Below are positions 10,397-19,709 of a stretch of DNA of 64,000 nucleotides, piece by piece. Positions within the stretch are counted from its first letter, which is position 1, and each line of letters begins with the position of its first letter. The position numbers and the translations under genes were made by a program. The notes beneath the pieces were generated by a model. It was not told the origin of the DNA, searched no databases, and saw only the letters and a program-made list of their open reading frames with translations. The stretch is from an uncultured Eggerthellaceae bacterium (GTDB taxonomy: Bacteria; Actinomycetota; Coriobacteriia; Coriobacteriales; Eggerthellaceae), in NCBI GenBank assembly GCA_964579575.1, contig CAZOGL010000004.1, forward strand, positions 8,888-72,887. Direction: 5' to 3'.

Positions 10397-11143
10397 ATGA
10401 TTTCATTGGAAGAGGGAAAAGAAGCGTTTTCGGCAGCGTTGCCCATCGTGTTGGGCTACGTTGCCATTGGTATACCCTGCGGCATCCTTTGCGACTCTAT
10501 CGGCCTTGGGCCTTTGGAGGTTCTCTTGATGTCCTGCATCTTTTATTCCGGCGCAGGCCAGTTCATGATACCGAACCTCTACCTTGCGGGCACTCCGATT
10601 TTGTCCATCATCGCAAGCGTGAGCTTTGTGAACATGCGTCAGATGCTGTATTCCGCATCGTTTGCTCCCTATGCAAAAGACGCGAGCAAGCCTTTGGCGT
10701 TTTTGTTTGCCGCCTCGGTGACCGACGAGAGCTACGGCGTCTCTATCGAGCGTTTCCGCAAGGGCGGTTGGACGGTCGAGCGGGCGACCCTAGTCAATAT
10801 CTTCTCCTGCACCTCATGGACGTTGAGCAACGTGGTAGGAACGCTTGTCGGGAGTCTTTTGGGAATTCCTCTCACCATCGCCTCCTTCGCCATGACCTCG
10901 ATCTTCATCTGCCTGATGATCACCCAACGCCTCAGCGTCGAAAACGTGGTCGCCATGGTTGTCGCCATGCTCGGCGTCTATGTTTGCAAGCTTGTGGGTT
11001 TGACCGGCCCCGCCATCCTCGTCGGAGCCGTGCTCGGCGTCATTGCTGCTTTTGCGTTGTACAAGGCGCGCAAGGCGACAGGAAAGCTGGGGGATAGCGC
11101 CCGTGAGCATGGGGGAGAAGCGCCAGAGGGGGTGACACGCTAG
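10397..11143 (+). CDS. azlC: AzlC family branched-chain amino acid exporter subunit
   Basis: Polytopic membrane protein. Start chosen at the ATG at 10397 (MISLEEGKEAF). Followed immediately by azlD. Confidence 0.8.
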   Translation: MISLEEGKEAFSAALPIVLGYVAIGIPCGILCDSIGLGPLEVLLMSCIFYSGAGQFMIPNLYLAGTPILSIIASVSFVNMRQMLYSASFAPYAKDASKPLAFLFAASVTDESYGVSIERFRKGGWTVERATLVNIFSCTSWTLSNVVGTLVGSLLGIPLTIASFAMTSIFICLMITQRLSVENVVAMVVAMLGVYVCKLVGLTGPAILVGAVLGVIAAFALYKARKATGKLGDSAREHGGEAPEGVTR

Positions 11144-11479
11144 ATGGCTATGTCGGGAGCTGAGTTTTGGATTGTTTTCGCCTGTTGTACGGTGACCATG
11201 GTCATTTGTCGTGTCGTTCCGCTATTCGTGCTTAAAGGTCGCGAACTTCCAGAGAATGTGAGCTTGGCTTTGGGCTTTATCCCCCCAGCCGCGTTCGCGG
11301 CGCTTGTCGCCAACGACCTGCTCACGCCTGGGATGTTTGACGCGGGTCTATGGCCTGCCGCCGCTCCTCTCGTTGCGGCCCTTGTGGTCATCATTGTCGC
11401 GCGTACGACCAAGTCCCTTCTTTGGTGTGCGATTGCGGGATGTGTTGTGTACGCACTTTTGCTTGCCATCCCCCTATAG
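11144..11479 (+). CDS. azlD: AzlD family branched-chain amino acid transport protein
   Basis: 111-aa hydrophobic protein. Its ATG abuts the azlC stop. Confidence 0.8.
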   Translation: MAMSGAEFWIVFACCTVTMVICRVVPLFVLKGRELPENVSLALGFIPPAAFAALVANDLLTPGMFDAGLWPAAAPLVAALVVIIVARTTKSLLWCAIAGCVVYALLLAIPL

Positions 11480-11487
11480 CGAGGTTG

Positions 11488-12270
11488 TTATCGATTCGGC
11501 GCACGACGTATGCGGGCGAGAACTACTATGAAAGCGATGAGCATCGCGCAGTAGACCATGAGCTTTTCCGCATGCATTTCGAGTACCTCGATGCCGGAGT
11601 TAATTCCGAGACCGTCGAGGATGAGCAATACGCCAATCACCGTGATGAAAACGAGTGCGAGCATCTTCATTTCGATGTGTCTGTCGATGAAGTTCGATAT
11701 CGGATCGATGAACACCATCATCAGCAACACGGCTATCATGACCGCGAGAATCATGACGATGAGGTGGTCGGCAAGACCGACTGCCGTGATGACCGAATCG
11801 ATAGAGAACACCACGTCCATGGCCATGATGGTGGCAATGGCGCGCACCAACCCGATCTGGTGTTTCTTTTGAGGAGAGTCGTTTTGGTCAAGGGTTGACG
11901 GGTCGCTTGCCTCGTCAGGGGAGTTTACCTCGCGAAGTTCGGTAATCCCCTTGTAGATCAGATAGGCTCCACCGCAAAGCATTATGAGATCGCGAATCGA
12001 GAGTCCGAACTCAAAAGAACCGAGCGGGATGGTGAACAACTTGTTGCTCATGTGCACCAACCACGAGGCGAAGCTGAGGAAGATGATACGCGAAACCAAG
12101 GCCCCAAGCAGTCCGAGATGTCGTCCCAACGATTCCTTTTCCTTGGGGAGACGATCGCAGGTGATCGTGATAAAGACAAGATTGTCGACGCCGAGGACAA
12201 TCTCGAGGAATATCAAGGCGATCAGGCTGACCCACGCCTCGACCGAGGTAAAAATCGAAAGATCCATCAT
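11488..12270 (-). CDS. TerC family integral membrane protein (putative Mn exporter type)
   Basis: 260 aa. N-terminus LEIVLGVDNLVFITI is typical of TerC/YkoY. Preceded by a yybP-ykoY riboswitch. Confidence 0.9.
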   Translation of the reverse strand: MMDLSIFTSVEAWVSLIALIFLEIVLGVDNLVFITITCDRLPKEKESLGRHLGLLGALVSRIIFLSFASWLVHMSNKLFTIPLGSFEFGLSIRDLIMLCGGAYLIYKGITELREVNSPDEASDPSTLDQNDSPQKKHQIGLVRAIATIMAMDVVFSIDSVITAVGLADHLIVMILAVMIAVLLMMVFIDPISNFIDRHIEMKMLALVFITVIGVLLILDGLGINSGIEVLEMHAEKLMVYCAMLIAFIVVLARIRRAPNR

Positions 12271-12290
12271 CTCTCCCTAGTTTCTCTCAT

Positions 12291-12420
12291 AAAAAAACTC
12301 GTGACGCATTGCCGCACTTAGGTGGCGATGCGTCACGAGTCTCGCTGATTGTGATACGCCCAGGCGCTTTGGCCATGATGTTGAAACGTATCGCGCTATT
12401 GCGCCAACTACTCCCTCGTA
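12291..12420 (-). promoter_or_regulatory. yybP-ykoY (Mn2+) riboswitch with intrinsic-terminator expression platform
   Basis: The - strand reads ACGAGGGAGUAG...UUUCAACAU...AGCGAGACUCGU, matching my memory of the conserved GGGGAGUAG / UUGACAUA / AGCAAGACC blocks. The P1 3' strand CUCGU is also the 5' arm of the terminator cucgugacgcau...augcgucacgag + UUUUUUU (12291-12340). Confidence 0.85.
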
Positions 12421-12432
12421 ATTGCTCAGTGC

Positions 12433-12461
12433 ATACTAGCATCAAAACGAGAGGGTGACAA
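12433..12461 (-). promoter_or_regulatory. Sigma-70-type promoter for the riboswitch-TerC transcript
   Basis: On the - strand: TTGTCA, a 17-nt spacer, then TAGTAT, ending about 12 nt before the aptamer. Confidence 0.6.
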
Positions 12462-12470
12462 TGCTACAAT
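12462..12470 (+). promoter_or_regulatory. Extended -10 promoter element for the divergent hypothetical gene
   Basis: TGcTACAAT on the + strand, directly abutting the -35 of the - strand promoter. Confidence 0.4.
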
Positions 12471-12513
12471 GGGCCGAGTTAGCAAAAAATACACGAACAG
12501 GGGAGTACACGTT

Positions 12514-13314
12514 ATGGCTCACGAAAACGAAGACGCACCTCGGCACACGGCCGAGGCTGTCGACGGGAAATCCTTGATTTCTTGTGGCAACATCGTGACG
12601 CCTGACGGCTCTGCGCTTTTGCGTCCTCAAAGACTCGAGGGATTAAACCTGATTCTTGTGGCGATTGCCCTCATCATCGCGGCGATCATCGGTTACAACC
12701 TCTACTCTTTTGCTTCCAATAATTTCGTATATGCCAACGAGAGGCACCTAGAGGCGGTCAATGCCCAGATTTCACGTGGCGAGACCGTCAACCTTCCCTC
12801 TCTTGACCTTCTTGTGGGTTATGACGAGGCAGGGGCGTCCGCAAACCTCCTCTCGGCGGGCTACACTACGTTTGAGCCTGATTCCGTAGAAGGTTCAGCC
12901 TATGAAACGGTGAAAATTCCCTCGGATATGACAGCAGAGCAGGCTAAGAAGGTCTATGAGTCCGGAATCGCGAAAGCGGATGCGGCCACTGCGGCTAAAC
13001 TGCTCACCGGCATGTGGCGTTTGTCGATGGGGGATGGCGATGACGGTAAGCTCCTTACCTTGCGTTATGCCGACTTCAACTCCGGATCCGCTGCGTCTGC
13101 CATAAGCGCCGCTATGATGGCGGAAGGACTTGTCGAGGACTCGGTCACCGATAGCGGTATCGATGAGAGCGGCAACACGTACAAGGTCGGAACCGGCTCT
13201 TCCAATGGCATCGACTTCACATGGCGAGTTTCTACCTGTGAGCTCAAGGAAATCTATAACATAGATGTCTTGCCCAATTCTGCCATGTACGTCGTTGTAC
13301 GCATCTCGTACTAG
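12514..13314 (+). CDS. Hypothetical single-pass membrane protein with extracytoplasmic C-terminal domain
   Basis: The ATG at 12514 follows GGGGAG. One transmembrane helix (LNLILVAIALIIAAIIGYNLYSF). I recognise no family motif. Confidence 0.6.
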   Translation: MAHENEDAPRHTAEAVDGKSLISCGNIVTPDGSALLRPQRLEGLNLILVAIALIIAAIIGYNLYSFASNNFVYANERHLEAVNAQISRGETVNLPSLDLLVGYDEAGASANLLSAGYTTFEPDSVEGSAYETVKIPSDMTAEQAKKVYESGIAKADAATAAKLLTGMWRLSMGDGDDGKLLTLRYADFNSGSAASAISAAMMAEGLVEDSVTDSGIDESGNTYKVGTGSSNGIDFTWRVSTCELKEIYNIDVLPNSAMYVVVRISY

Positions 13315-13355
13315 CGTCCTTGCGAACAAGTAAGGGATAAGGGCTACAAAAGAAA

Positions 13356-13386
13356 GGGGGCTGCGGTTGCGGCCCTTTTATTTATC
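13356..13386. terminator. Bidirectional intrinsic terminator between convergent genes
   Basis: Hairpin gggctgc-GGTT-gcggccc. It is flanked by ttttatttat on the + strand and by ctttcttttgt as read on the - strand. Confidence 0.65.
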
Positions 13387-13450
13387 CTGAACGTTTCTGG
13401 TGCGCGGTGTTGTTGGTTTCCCCAACGCCACCAAAGTCGCTACAACCCTT

Positions 13451-14368
13451 TTATTCGTCAGCCTCGTTGCTGAACATGTGGTAACCCTCATTGGAGATGA
13501 CCATCCTCATGGCGCCTGGAAGAACCCTTGCTGAGAAGGGCGTCGTGCGGTCTACAACCTCGCCGTCGTATTCGATCGGCAACGGTGGGTCCGCCTCCAC
13601 AAAGATTTCGCGACCGCGATACAACTCGAGGTTGCCCCTTCGCGGGTTCTTGCCACCGCGGTCGAGCAATGCGTCACCTATAACGGGCAGAAGCTGGAGC
13701 GCGGTGTCCCCTTTGAGGACGGCCACGTCGAGCATGCCGTCGCGCGGCTGGTTTTCGTGGGTCACGGAAATATCGAACGGGATCTTGCTGAAGTTGACTA
13801 TGAGGACGCCTACGCCCGCGCTTTCATGAACTTCTCCATCAACGGTTAGCCTGATCTTCGAATGGGTTGGCGTGATGTTTGCGGCCGCTGCGCCGAAATA
13901 CGCAGCTGGGCCGAAAAGCTTCTTTCCGGGCTTCGCGTCACGCATGATAATGGCGTCGTATCCACAACCCGCCATGATTCCGAAACCGTAGGTGCCGTCC
14001 CCAATCTCCAACTCTCCCAGGTCAAAGTCAAGCGTCGCGCCCTCATGGGCCAACTTTGCAAGGGCGTGCGTCTCGTTGGGCAACCAAACGTTGCTCGCAA
14101 GGAGGTTGGCGGTACCGGCGGGAAATGGCAGGATTGGGATGCCGGTGTTGGCGAGTTGGTAGCTCACCGTTGCGATGGTGCCGTCTCCTCCGCTTGCCAC
14201 GACAAGGTCAAAATGCGCGGCATCAAACAAGAGCTCACGGATGTCGGTGGTTCCATCGGTGGAGCGCACGACGACCTCCTCGCCGTCTTTCGCAAGGAGT
14301 CGCACGAAATCAAAGATACCGCCAAGGCCGCCACCAGAAGCCATGTTGTTGATGATGAGCGTTTTCAT
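13451..14368 (-). CDS. Diacylglycerol/lipid kinase family protein (YegS/DagK-like)
   Basis: 305 aa. DAGK catalytic-domain motif VVASGGDGTIATV. Confidence 0.88.
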   Translation of the reverse strand: MKTLIINNMASGGGLGGIFDFVRLLAKDGEEVVVRSTDGTTDIRELLFDAAHFDLVVASGGDGTIATVSYQLANTGIPILPFPAGTANLLASNVWLPNETHALAKLAHEGATLDFDLGELEIGDGTYGFGIMAGCGYDAIIMRDAKPGKKLFGPAAYFGAAAANITPTHSKIRLTVDGEVHESAGVGVLIVNFSKIPFDISVTHENQPRDGMLDVAVLKGDTALQLLPVIGDALLDRGGKNPRRGNLELYRGREIFVEADPPLPIEYDGEVVDRTTPFSARVLPGAMRMVISNEGYHMFSNEADE

Positions 14369-14621
14369 GGTTCCAATATACCTTGTGCGATAAGAATTTC
14401 AACGACCAACAATCGTTTGAGAGCCAGTATGTGGTTCGATGTTGGAACTCTCTCGATAGATTGGTATCATCTACTGATGTGCATTTCGCGACCTTGTCGT
14501 TGTGGCGGCGAGACGTCATTTGAGTAATGGTTTCCCGCCGCCGCAAAGGGGTTGCTTCTTGCTTACCACCATGGAAAGCGTTGTGCTTTCCGCCGATACG
14601 CTATGTGAGAAGGGCTACTAA

Positions 14622-15779
14622 ATGGCGGTGACCCATATCAACAACCTTGAAGACCTTGAGGCCTTCGCAAAGCGCGCTGCGAGCTCCTCTGTGCTTGCCA
14701 TTGATACCGAGTTTATGCGCGAGAAGACCTATTTTCCGATGTTGTGTCTGCTCCAGATGGCTACAGACGACGAGGTTGTCATCGTTGACCCCTTCGCTGT
14801 CACCAACCTTCATTGTTTGAAGGACCTCATGAGGAATGAGTCTGTGGTGAAGCTGTTCCACGCCGGGACGCAAGACCTCGAGATTATCTATCGAGAGGTC
14901 GGAGCGCTGCCTTGGCCCTTGTTTGACACCCAAATCGCTGCAACCCTCATGGGGCACACGCAACAGATCGGGTATGCGAACCTTGTTCATGCCGAGTGCG
15001 GTGTGGCGCTTAAGAAGATGGATTCGTTTACCGATTGGACGAGGCGCCCCCTGACCGATTCCCAGCTCTCGTATGCCGCAGAGGATGTCATCTATCTGCC
15101 CAAGCTTTATCGGAGCATGCGCAAGACCCTCAAGGAAAAAGGTCGTCTTGGTTGGCTTGACCAGGACTTTAAAGATCTCGTTGACCCGTCTCGCTACAAG
15201 GTCAATCCCCGTGAGCGTTTTCGTAGGCTCAAGCGGGCCTCCACGCTTACGCGTCGGCAACTTTCTGGTGCGCGCGAGATGGCGGCATGGCGCGAGTCCC
15301 GTGCCATTGCGCGCGATATTCCGCGCAAGTGGGTTCTAACTGATGAGCAGATTGTCGAGGCCTGCAAGCGAGAGGCGCGAACCGTTGACGAGTTGTATAT
15401 GGTGCGTGGGATACGTGAACGCCTTCCTATCCGCGACGCGCGCATGGTTGCTGCTCTTATGGGCAAGGGATTCGACCTTCCTCCCGAGGAGTGGCCGTTG
15501 CCATCCGGCAAGAGTAAGAACGAGGCCAACGTCGATCTCGTGCTCGATCTTATGACCGCCCTTGTGCGTCTTCGTGCCCGGGAGAACAACGTAGCCCTCC
15601 ATACCTTGGCTTCCCACGACGATCTCGTTTCCATCGCCCGTGGCCACACGGAGAACGTGGAGGTGCTTCGCGGTTGGCGGCGGACCATCGTCGGCGAGGA
15701 GCTCTTAGATTTGGCGGCGGGACGTATCGAGCTGTCGATAGACGGAACGTCGCTTGTCGTCCGCCGAGTCGAAGGCTAG
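14622..15779 (+). CDS. rnd: Ribonuclease D
   Basis: 385 aa. DEDD 3'-5' exonuclease N-terminus (LAIDTEF, YAAEDV) plus an HRDC-like C-terminus. Confidence 0.88.
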   Translation: MAVTHINNLEDLEAFAKRAASSSVLAIDTEFMREKTYFPMLCLLQMATDDEVVIVDPFAVTNLHCLKDLMRNESVVKLFHAGTQDLEIIYREVGALPWPLFDTQIAATLMGHTQQIGYANLVHAECGVALKKMDSFTDWTRRPLTDSQLSYAAEDVIYLPKLYRSMRKTLKEKGRLGWLDQDFKDLVDPSRYKVNPRERFRRLKRASTLTRRQLSGAREMAAWRESRAIARDIPRKWVLTDEQIVEACKREARTVDELYMVRGIRERLPIRDARMVAALMGKGFDLPPEEWPLPSGKSKNEANVDLVLDLMTALVRLRARENNVALHTLASHDDLVSIARGHTENVEVLRGWRRTIVGEELLDLAAGRIELSIDGTSLVVRRVEG

Positions 15780-15905
15780 CTTGCGTAGGGTTTGGATTAA
15801 TCCTGTTTTTGGCCCTTTGGAGAGTCGGTGATGGTGCGACCCGCTCTATACTTCGCAAAAACCATCGAAGAGGGAGCTTTTGCCTCCCGATAGGAGAAAC
15901 ACATC

Positions 15906-16562
15906 ATGAGTTACCTAATGTTGATTGTCCTCACGCTTATCATCGGACTGATTGCCAGTGCGTGGTGCAACTCGGCATTGAAGAAGTATTCCAAGGTTCC
16001 CTCTTTCAGCGGCTTGACGGGTGAGACGGTTGCGAGACAAATGTTGGCCTTCTACGGCATCAGCAACGTCCCCGTCAAAATGGGATCGGAGGGACAGGAC
16101 TTTTTCGACCCTCGAAGCAACTCAATCACGCTCTCTCCCAGTGTGTTTAGTGGCAGGTCGGTCACTTCCTTGGCAACGGTTTGCCATGAATGCGGCCACG
16201 CTTGCCAATATGCCACCGGCTACACTCCTATGAAGGTTCGTAGCGCTATCGTTCCGGCGGTGAACCTTTGTTCCAATATCTGGATGATCATCCTGATCGT
16301 CGGTATCGCGTTGAATCTCGCAGGGTTTTACTACTTGGCAATCGCGCTCTATGCAATCTCTGTAGTCTTTGCCCTTGTCACCTTGCCGGTGGAGTTCGAT
16401 GCCTCCAATCGTGCGTTGAAGTACATGGACCAGATCGGCCTGAGCAAGGACGAGCGTGACGGCAGCGCCGCGGTTTTGCGGGCTTGTGCGTTTACCTATG
16501 TGGCCGCTGCCTTGACCTCCTTACTCCAACTTATCTATCTTATCGGGATGCGTCGCGACTAA
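15906..16562 (+). CDS. Membrane zinc metallopeptidase (Zn_peptidase_2 / YpfJ-unrelated neutral peptidase family)
   Basis: 218 aa. HECGH zinc motif flanked by transmembrane helices. AGGAG before the ATG. Confidence 0.8.
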   Translation: MSYLMLIVLTLIIGLIASAWCNSALKKYSKVPSFSGLTGETVARQMLAFYGISNVPVKMGSEGQDFFDPRSNSITLSPSVFSGRSVTSLATVCHECGHACQYATGYTPMKVRSAIVPAVNLCSNIWMIILIVGIALNLAGFYYLAIALYAISVVFALVTLPVEFDASNRALKYMDQIGLSKDERDGSAAVLRACAFTYVAAALTSLLQLIYLIGMRRD

Positions 16563-16572
16563 GCCTTTTGCC

Positions 16573-17994
16573 ATGGAAAGACCGGAAAAGGAAAAGCAGC
16601 CACCTTTGAGCGTTTCCGCAGCGATGAACCTCGCCAAGGGAGCGTTGGAAAACGTTACGGTCAGGATGGTCGGCGAAGTCTCGGAAGTGAGCAACAAACC
16701 AGGGTACAAAGCTGTCTACTTCACGGTGAAGGACGAAACTGCGTCCTTGCCATGCATGATATGGACCAACCGCTACAAGAGTTGCGGTGTTGCGCTTACG
16801 GTGGGCAACCTTGTCGAGATCAGTGGTCGCTTTACGCTCTATGCGGCCAAGGGTCGCATGAACTTCGATGTGTTCTCGATCTCCCTTGCTGGTGAGGGTG
16901 AATTGCGTATGCGTGTTGCGGCTATCGCGAGGCGCTTGGATGGGGAAGGTCTTACCTCTCCTGCACGTAAGCGTCCGATCCCCCAACTCCCGGCAACCAT
17001 AGGTGTCGTAACGAGTCCCCGCGGCGCGGCGGTGCATGACGTGCTCAGGACCTTGCGACGACGCTATCCTTTGGCGCGTGTTCTTTTGGCGGGCGTTCCT
17101 GTCGAGGGCGCGAATGCGCCTGCGGGCCTCAAGGAGGGTCTTCATGTTGTCACAGAGGCGGGGGCTGAGGTCATTCTCCTCGTGCGTGGAGGCGGTTCTT
17201 TTGAGGACCTTATGCCCTTCAACGACGAGGGCCTTGCGCGCTGTATCGCTTCCAGTCCCGTTCCCGTTGTGACGGGTATCGGACATGAGCCTGATACGAC
17301 TATCGCGGACATGGTTGCCGACCTTCGTGCGAGCACCCCGACGGCTGCTGCTGAGGCCGTAAGCCCCGGAATGAATGTCGTCAACGACCGCGTGCGTAGC
17401 CTCGGATTACGGATGCACGATGTGCTCCACCGGCGTCTCGAGAGAAGTGCGATCGTTCTTGACCGCTATGTGACCCGTCCTGTTATGGCGGATCCCCATG
17501 TGCTCCTTTCTGGTTGGATCCAAGACGTCGATGGGTATGCGGAGCGTCTTGCGCGCGCACTTCCGAATTCCCTCGAGCGCAACCAGGCAAGCTTGGAGAG
17601 TGCGTATCAGCGCCTTGTCTCTTGTGGCATGCGTTTCGGTCGCGACGAGGCCTTGCGCATCGACTCTGTCCGCGCTCGGTTGTACGCGGGTCTCACCCGC
17701 GTGGTGGAAGGCCCAAGGACGAAGGCTTTGGCCAACATTGAACGTATGGTCGCTTTGGGCGCGGGACTGACACCGCGGTTCCAAAGCGAGCTTGCCATGT
17801 CCGCTTCCCGTCTCAACGACTTGTCGCCCCTCGCTGTCCTTAGTCGTGGCTACGCCATTGCACGAGATAGCGACGGCGAGGTCGTTCGCGATGTCGACCA
17901 GGTCAACATCGGAACAGATATCACTGTTGCGGTACAAAACGGGGAACTATTGTGTAATGTACTCGAGCGCGTACGAACAAAAGAGTGCGAATAG
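16573..17994 (+). CDS. xseA: Exodeoxyribonuclease VII large subunit
   Basis: 473 aa. N-terminal OB fold (VRMVGEVSEVS) plus catalytic domain. Followed by xseB. Confidence 0.93.
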   Translation: MERPEKEKQPPLSVSAAMNLAKGALENVTVRMVGEVSEVSNKPGYKAVYFTVKDETASLPCMIWTNRYKSCGVALTVGNLVEISGRFTLYAAKGRMNFDVFSISLAGEGELRMRVAAIARRLDGEGLTSPARKRPIPQLPATIGVVTSPRGAAVHDVLRTLRRRYPLARVLLAGVPVEGANAPAGLKEGLHVVTEAGAEVILLVRGGGSFEDLMPFNDEGLARCIASSPVPVVTGIGHEPDTTIADMVADLRASTPTAAAEAVSPGMNVVNDRVRSLGLRMHDVLHRRLERSAIVLDRYVTRPVMADPHVLLSGWIQDVDGYAERLARALPNSLERNQASLESAYQRLVSCGMRFGRDEALRIDSVRARLYAGLTRVVEGPRTKALANIERMVALGAGLTPRFQSELAMSASRLNDLSPLAVLSRGYAIARDSDGEVVRDVDQVNIGTDITVAVQNGELLCNVLERVRTKECE

Positions 17995-18022
17995 TAGCGA
18001 TTTTAAGAAGACAGGAGATACG

Positions 18023-18271
18023 ATGGACGAGATGAAGCCGATAGAGGAGTTGACATTTCGCGAGGCAATGGCCGAGCTTGATAGCGTCGTGAGCGTGCTT
18101 GAAAGCAACACCTTGGGCCTTGAGGACAGCCTTGTTGCGTATGAGCGGGGCGTAGCTCTTATCAGCGCCTTGCAATCGCGTCTCGGCACAGCCCAGCAAA
18201 AGGTGGAGGTGCTCATGGGCCAGTTGCAACCTGAACAAGACGATGCGGTTCAAGACAAGACACTTTCCTAG
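18023..18271 (+). CDS. xseB: Exodeoxyribonuclease VII small subunit
   Basis: 82 aa from the ATG at 18023 after AGGAG (MDEMKPIEELTFREAMAELDSVV). The track ORF is extended upstream into xseA. Confidence 0.9.
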   Translation: MDEMKPIEELTFREAMAELDSVVSVLESNTLGLEDSLVAYERGVALISALQSRLGTAQQKVEVLMGQLQPEQDDAVQDKTLS

Positions 18272-18411
18272 CAGCGGCGTTATTTTGTGCGCAAGTGGGC
18301 GTTGACGTAAGTTTCTTTGCGTTTTCGGTTTACGAGACCCCGCTTGCCGAAACAAATCGCCTGCGTTGTGCTCGTCTCGTACAATTACTCGGTACATGTT
18401 TTTAGGAGGCG

Positions 18412-19638
18412 ATGGTGAACGTACTCGTCATAAACGCAGGTTCTTCGTCTTTGAAGTATCAGCTCATCAATGTCGAGACCCACAAGCTTATGGCTAAGGG
18501 TCTTTGCGAGCGCATCGGAGACGAGGCTGCGTCCCACAAGCACGGTATTGACGACAACGAGACGCGCATCACTATGCCCATGCGGGACCACAACGAGGCA
18601 ATCGCCGTGGTCTTGGAATCCTTGACCACCGGTGAGCACAAGGCGATCGACAGCCTTGATGAGATTGACGCAGTTGGCCATCGTGTTGTGCAAGGTGGAA
18701 ACTATTTCGAGCATTCCGTCCTTATTGACGACGATGTCATCGAAAAGATTCGTGAGCTTGCGGAACTCGCTCCTCTTCACAACCTCGCCGCTATCAACGG
18801 AATCAACGCATGCCGGGAGAACATGCCCGGTATTCCCATGGTCGCCGTCTTCGATACCTCTTTCTTTACCACGCTTCCTCCTCATGCCTATATGTACGCA
18901 CTCCCTTACGAGCTGTATGAGAAGTATGGAATCCGTAAGTATGGCGCACACGGAACGAGCCATCGCTACGTTTCCGAGCGCGCTGCGGCCGTCATGGGCG
19001 AGCCGATCGAGGATCTCAAACTCATAACGTGCCATCTTGGCAACGGTTGCTCAATCTCTGCGATTGACCACGGTGTCGCCATTGACACGTCCATGGGCAT
19101 GACTCCCCTTGACGGTCTCATGATGGGTACGCGTTGCGGATCTATCGACCCTGCGATCGTTCCGTTCCTCATGGAGCACGAAGGTCTGAGCGCGGACGAG
19201 GTTAACAACCTTATGAACAAGAAGTCCGGCCTGCTCGGAATCTCCGGCATCTCCAACGACCTGAGAAGCGTCCGTAAAGCTTCTGAGCTCGGTGATGAGC
19301 GCGCTATGTTGGCATACGAGATGTACTCCAACGCCGTTAAGAAGTATATCGGTCAATACATCGTGGTCATGGGCGGTGTTGATGCCATCATCCTTACCGC
19401 AGGCGTCGGTGAGAACTGCAAGAAGATGCGACGCATGATATTTTCCGGCCTTCAACCTCTCGGCATCATTCTCGATCAGAAGCGAAACGCCGAAGGCAAG
19501 GGCGAGCGTCTGATCTCCTCCGATAAGTCCAACGTGCATATCTTCATCATCCCCACCGACGAAGAGTACATGATAGCCCGTGACACGTTCCAGCTTGTCC
19601 ATGATAAATTTGGCCTCGGCCTCGATGTCGAATTCTAG
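18412..19638 (+). CDS. ackA: Acetate kinase
   Basis: 408 aa. N-terminus VLVINAGSSSLKYQ. The GTG at 18415 is an equally plausible start. Confidence 0.95.
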   Translation: MVNVLVINAGSSSLKYQLINVETHKLMAKGLCERIGDEAASHKHGIDDNETRITMPMRDHNEAIAVVLESLTTGEHKAIDSLDEIDAVGHRVVQGGNYFEHSVLIDDDVIEKIRELAELAPLHNLAAINGINACRENMPGIPMVAVFDTSFFTTLPPHAYMYALPYELYEKYGIRKYGAHGTSHRYVSERAAAVMGEPIEDLKLITCHLGNGCSISAIDHGVAIDTSMGMTPLDGLMMGTRCGSIDPAIVPFLMEHEGLSADEVNNLMNKKSGLLGISGISNDLRSVRKASELGDERAMLAYEMYSNAVKKYIGQYIVVMGGVDAIILTAGVGENCKKMRRMIFSGLQPLGIILDQKRNAEGKGERLISSDKSNVHIFIIPTDEEYMIARDTFQLVHDKFGLGLDVEF

Positions 19639-19709
19639 GTTGCTTGAATCCACCTTGAACCTCCGCTATTGTTAGGCCGAAAACTGAGACGTGACGCTTG
19701 AGGAGATTC

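Noticed and set aside
11350-11898. 182-aa His/Asp/Glu-rich + strand ORF (HHHQQHGYHDRENHDDE).
   Set aside because: It lies antisense to the TerC-family gene, whose membrane-protein frame is clearly the real one. The composition is a by-product of reverse-reading hydrophobic codons.
14501-14545. 12-bp imperfect inverted repeat (tgtggcggcgag ... cccgccgccgca) in the dagK-like / rnd divergent region.
   Set aside because: There is no U-tract on either strand, and I cannot place promoters confidently around it. It could be an operator or a leader structure, but the sequence alone does not support a call.
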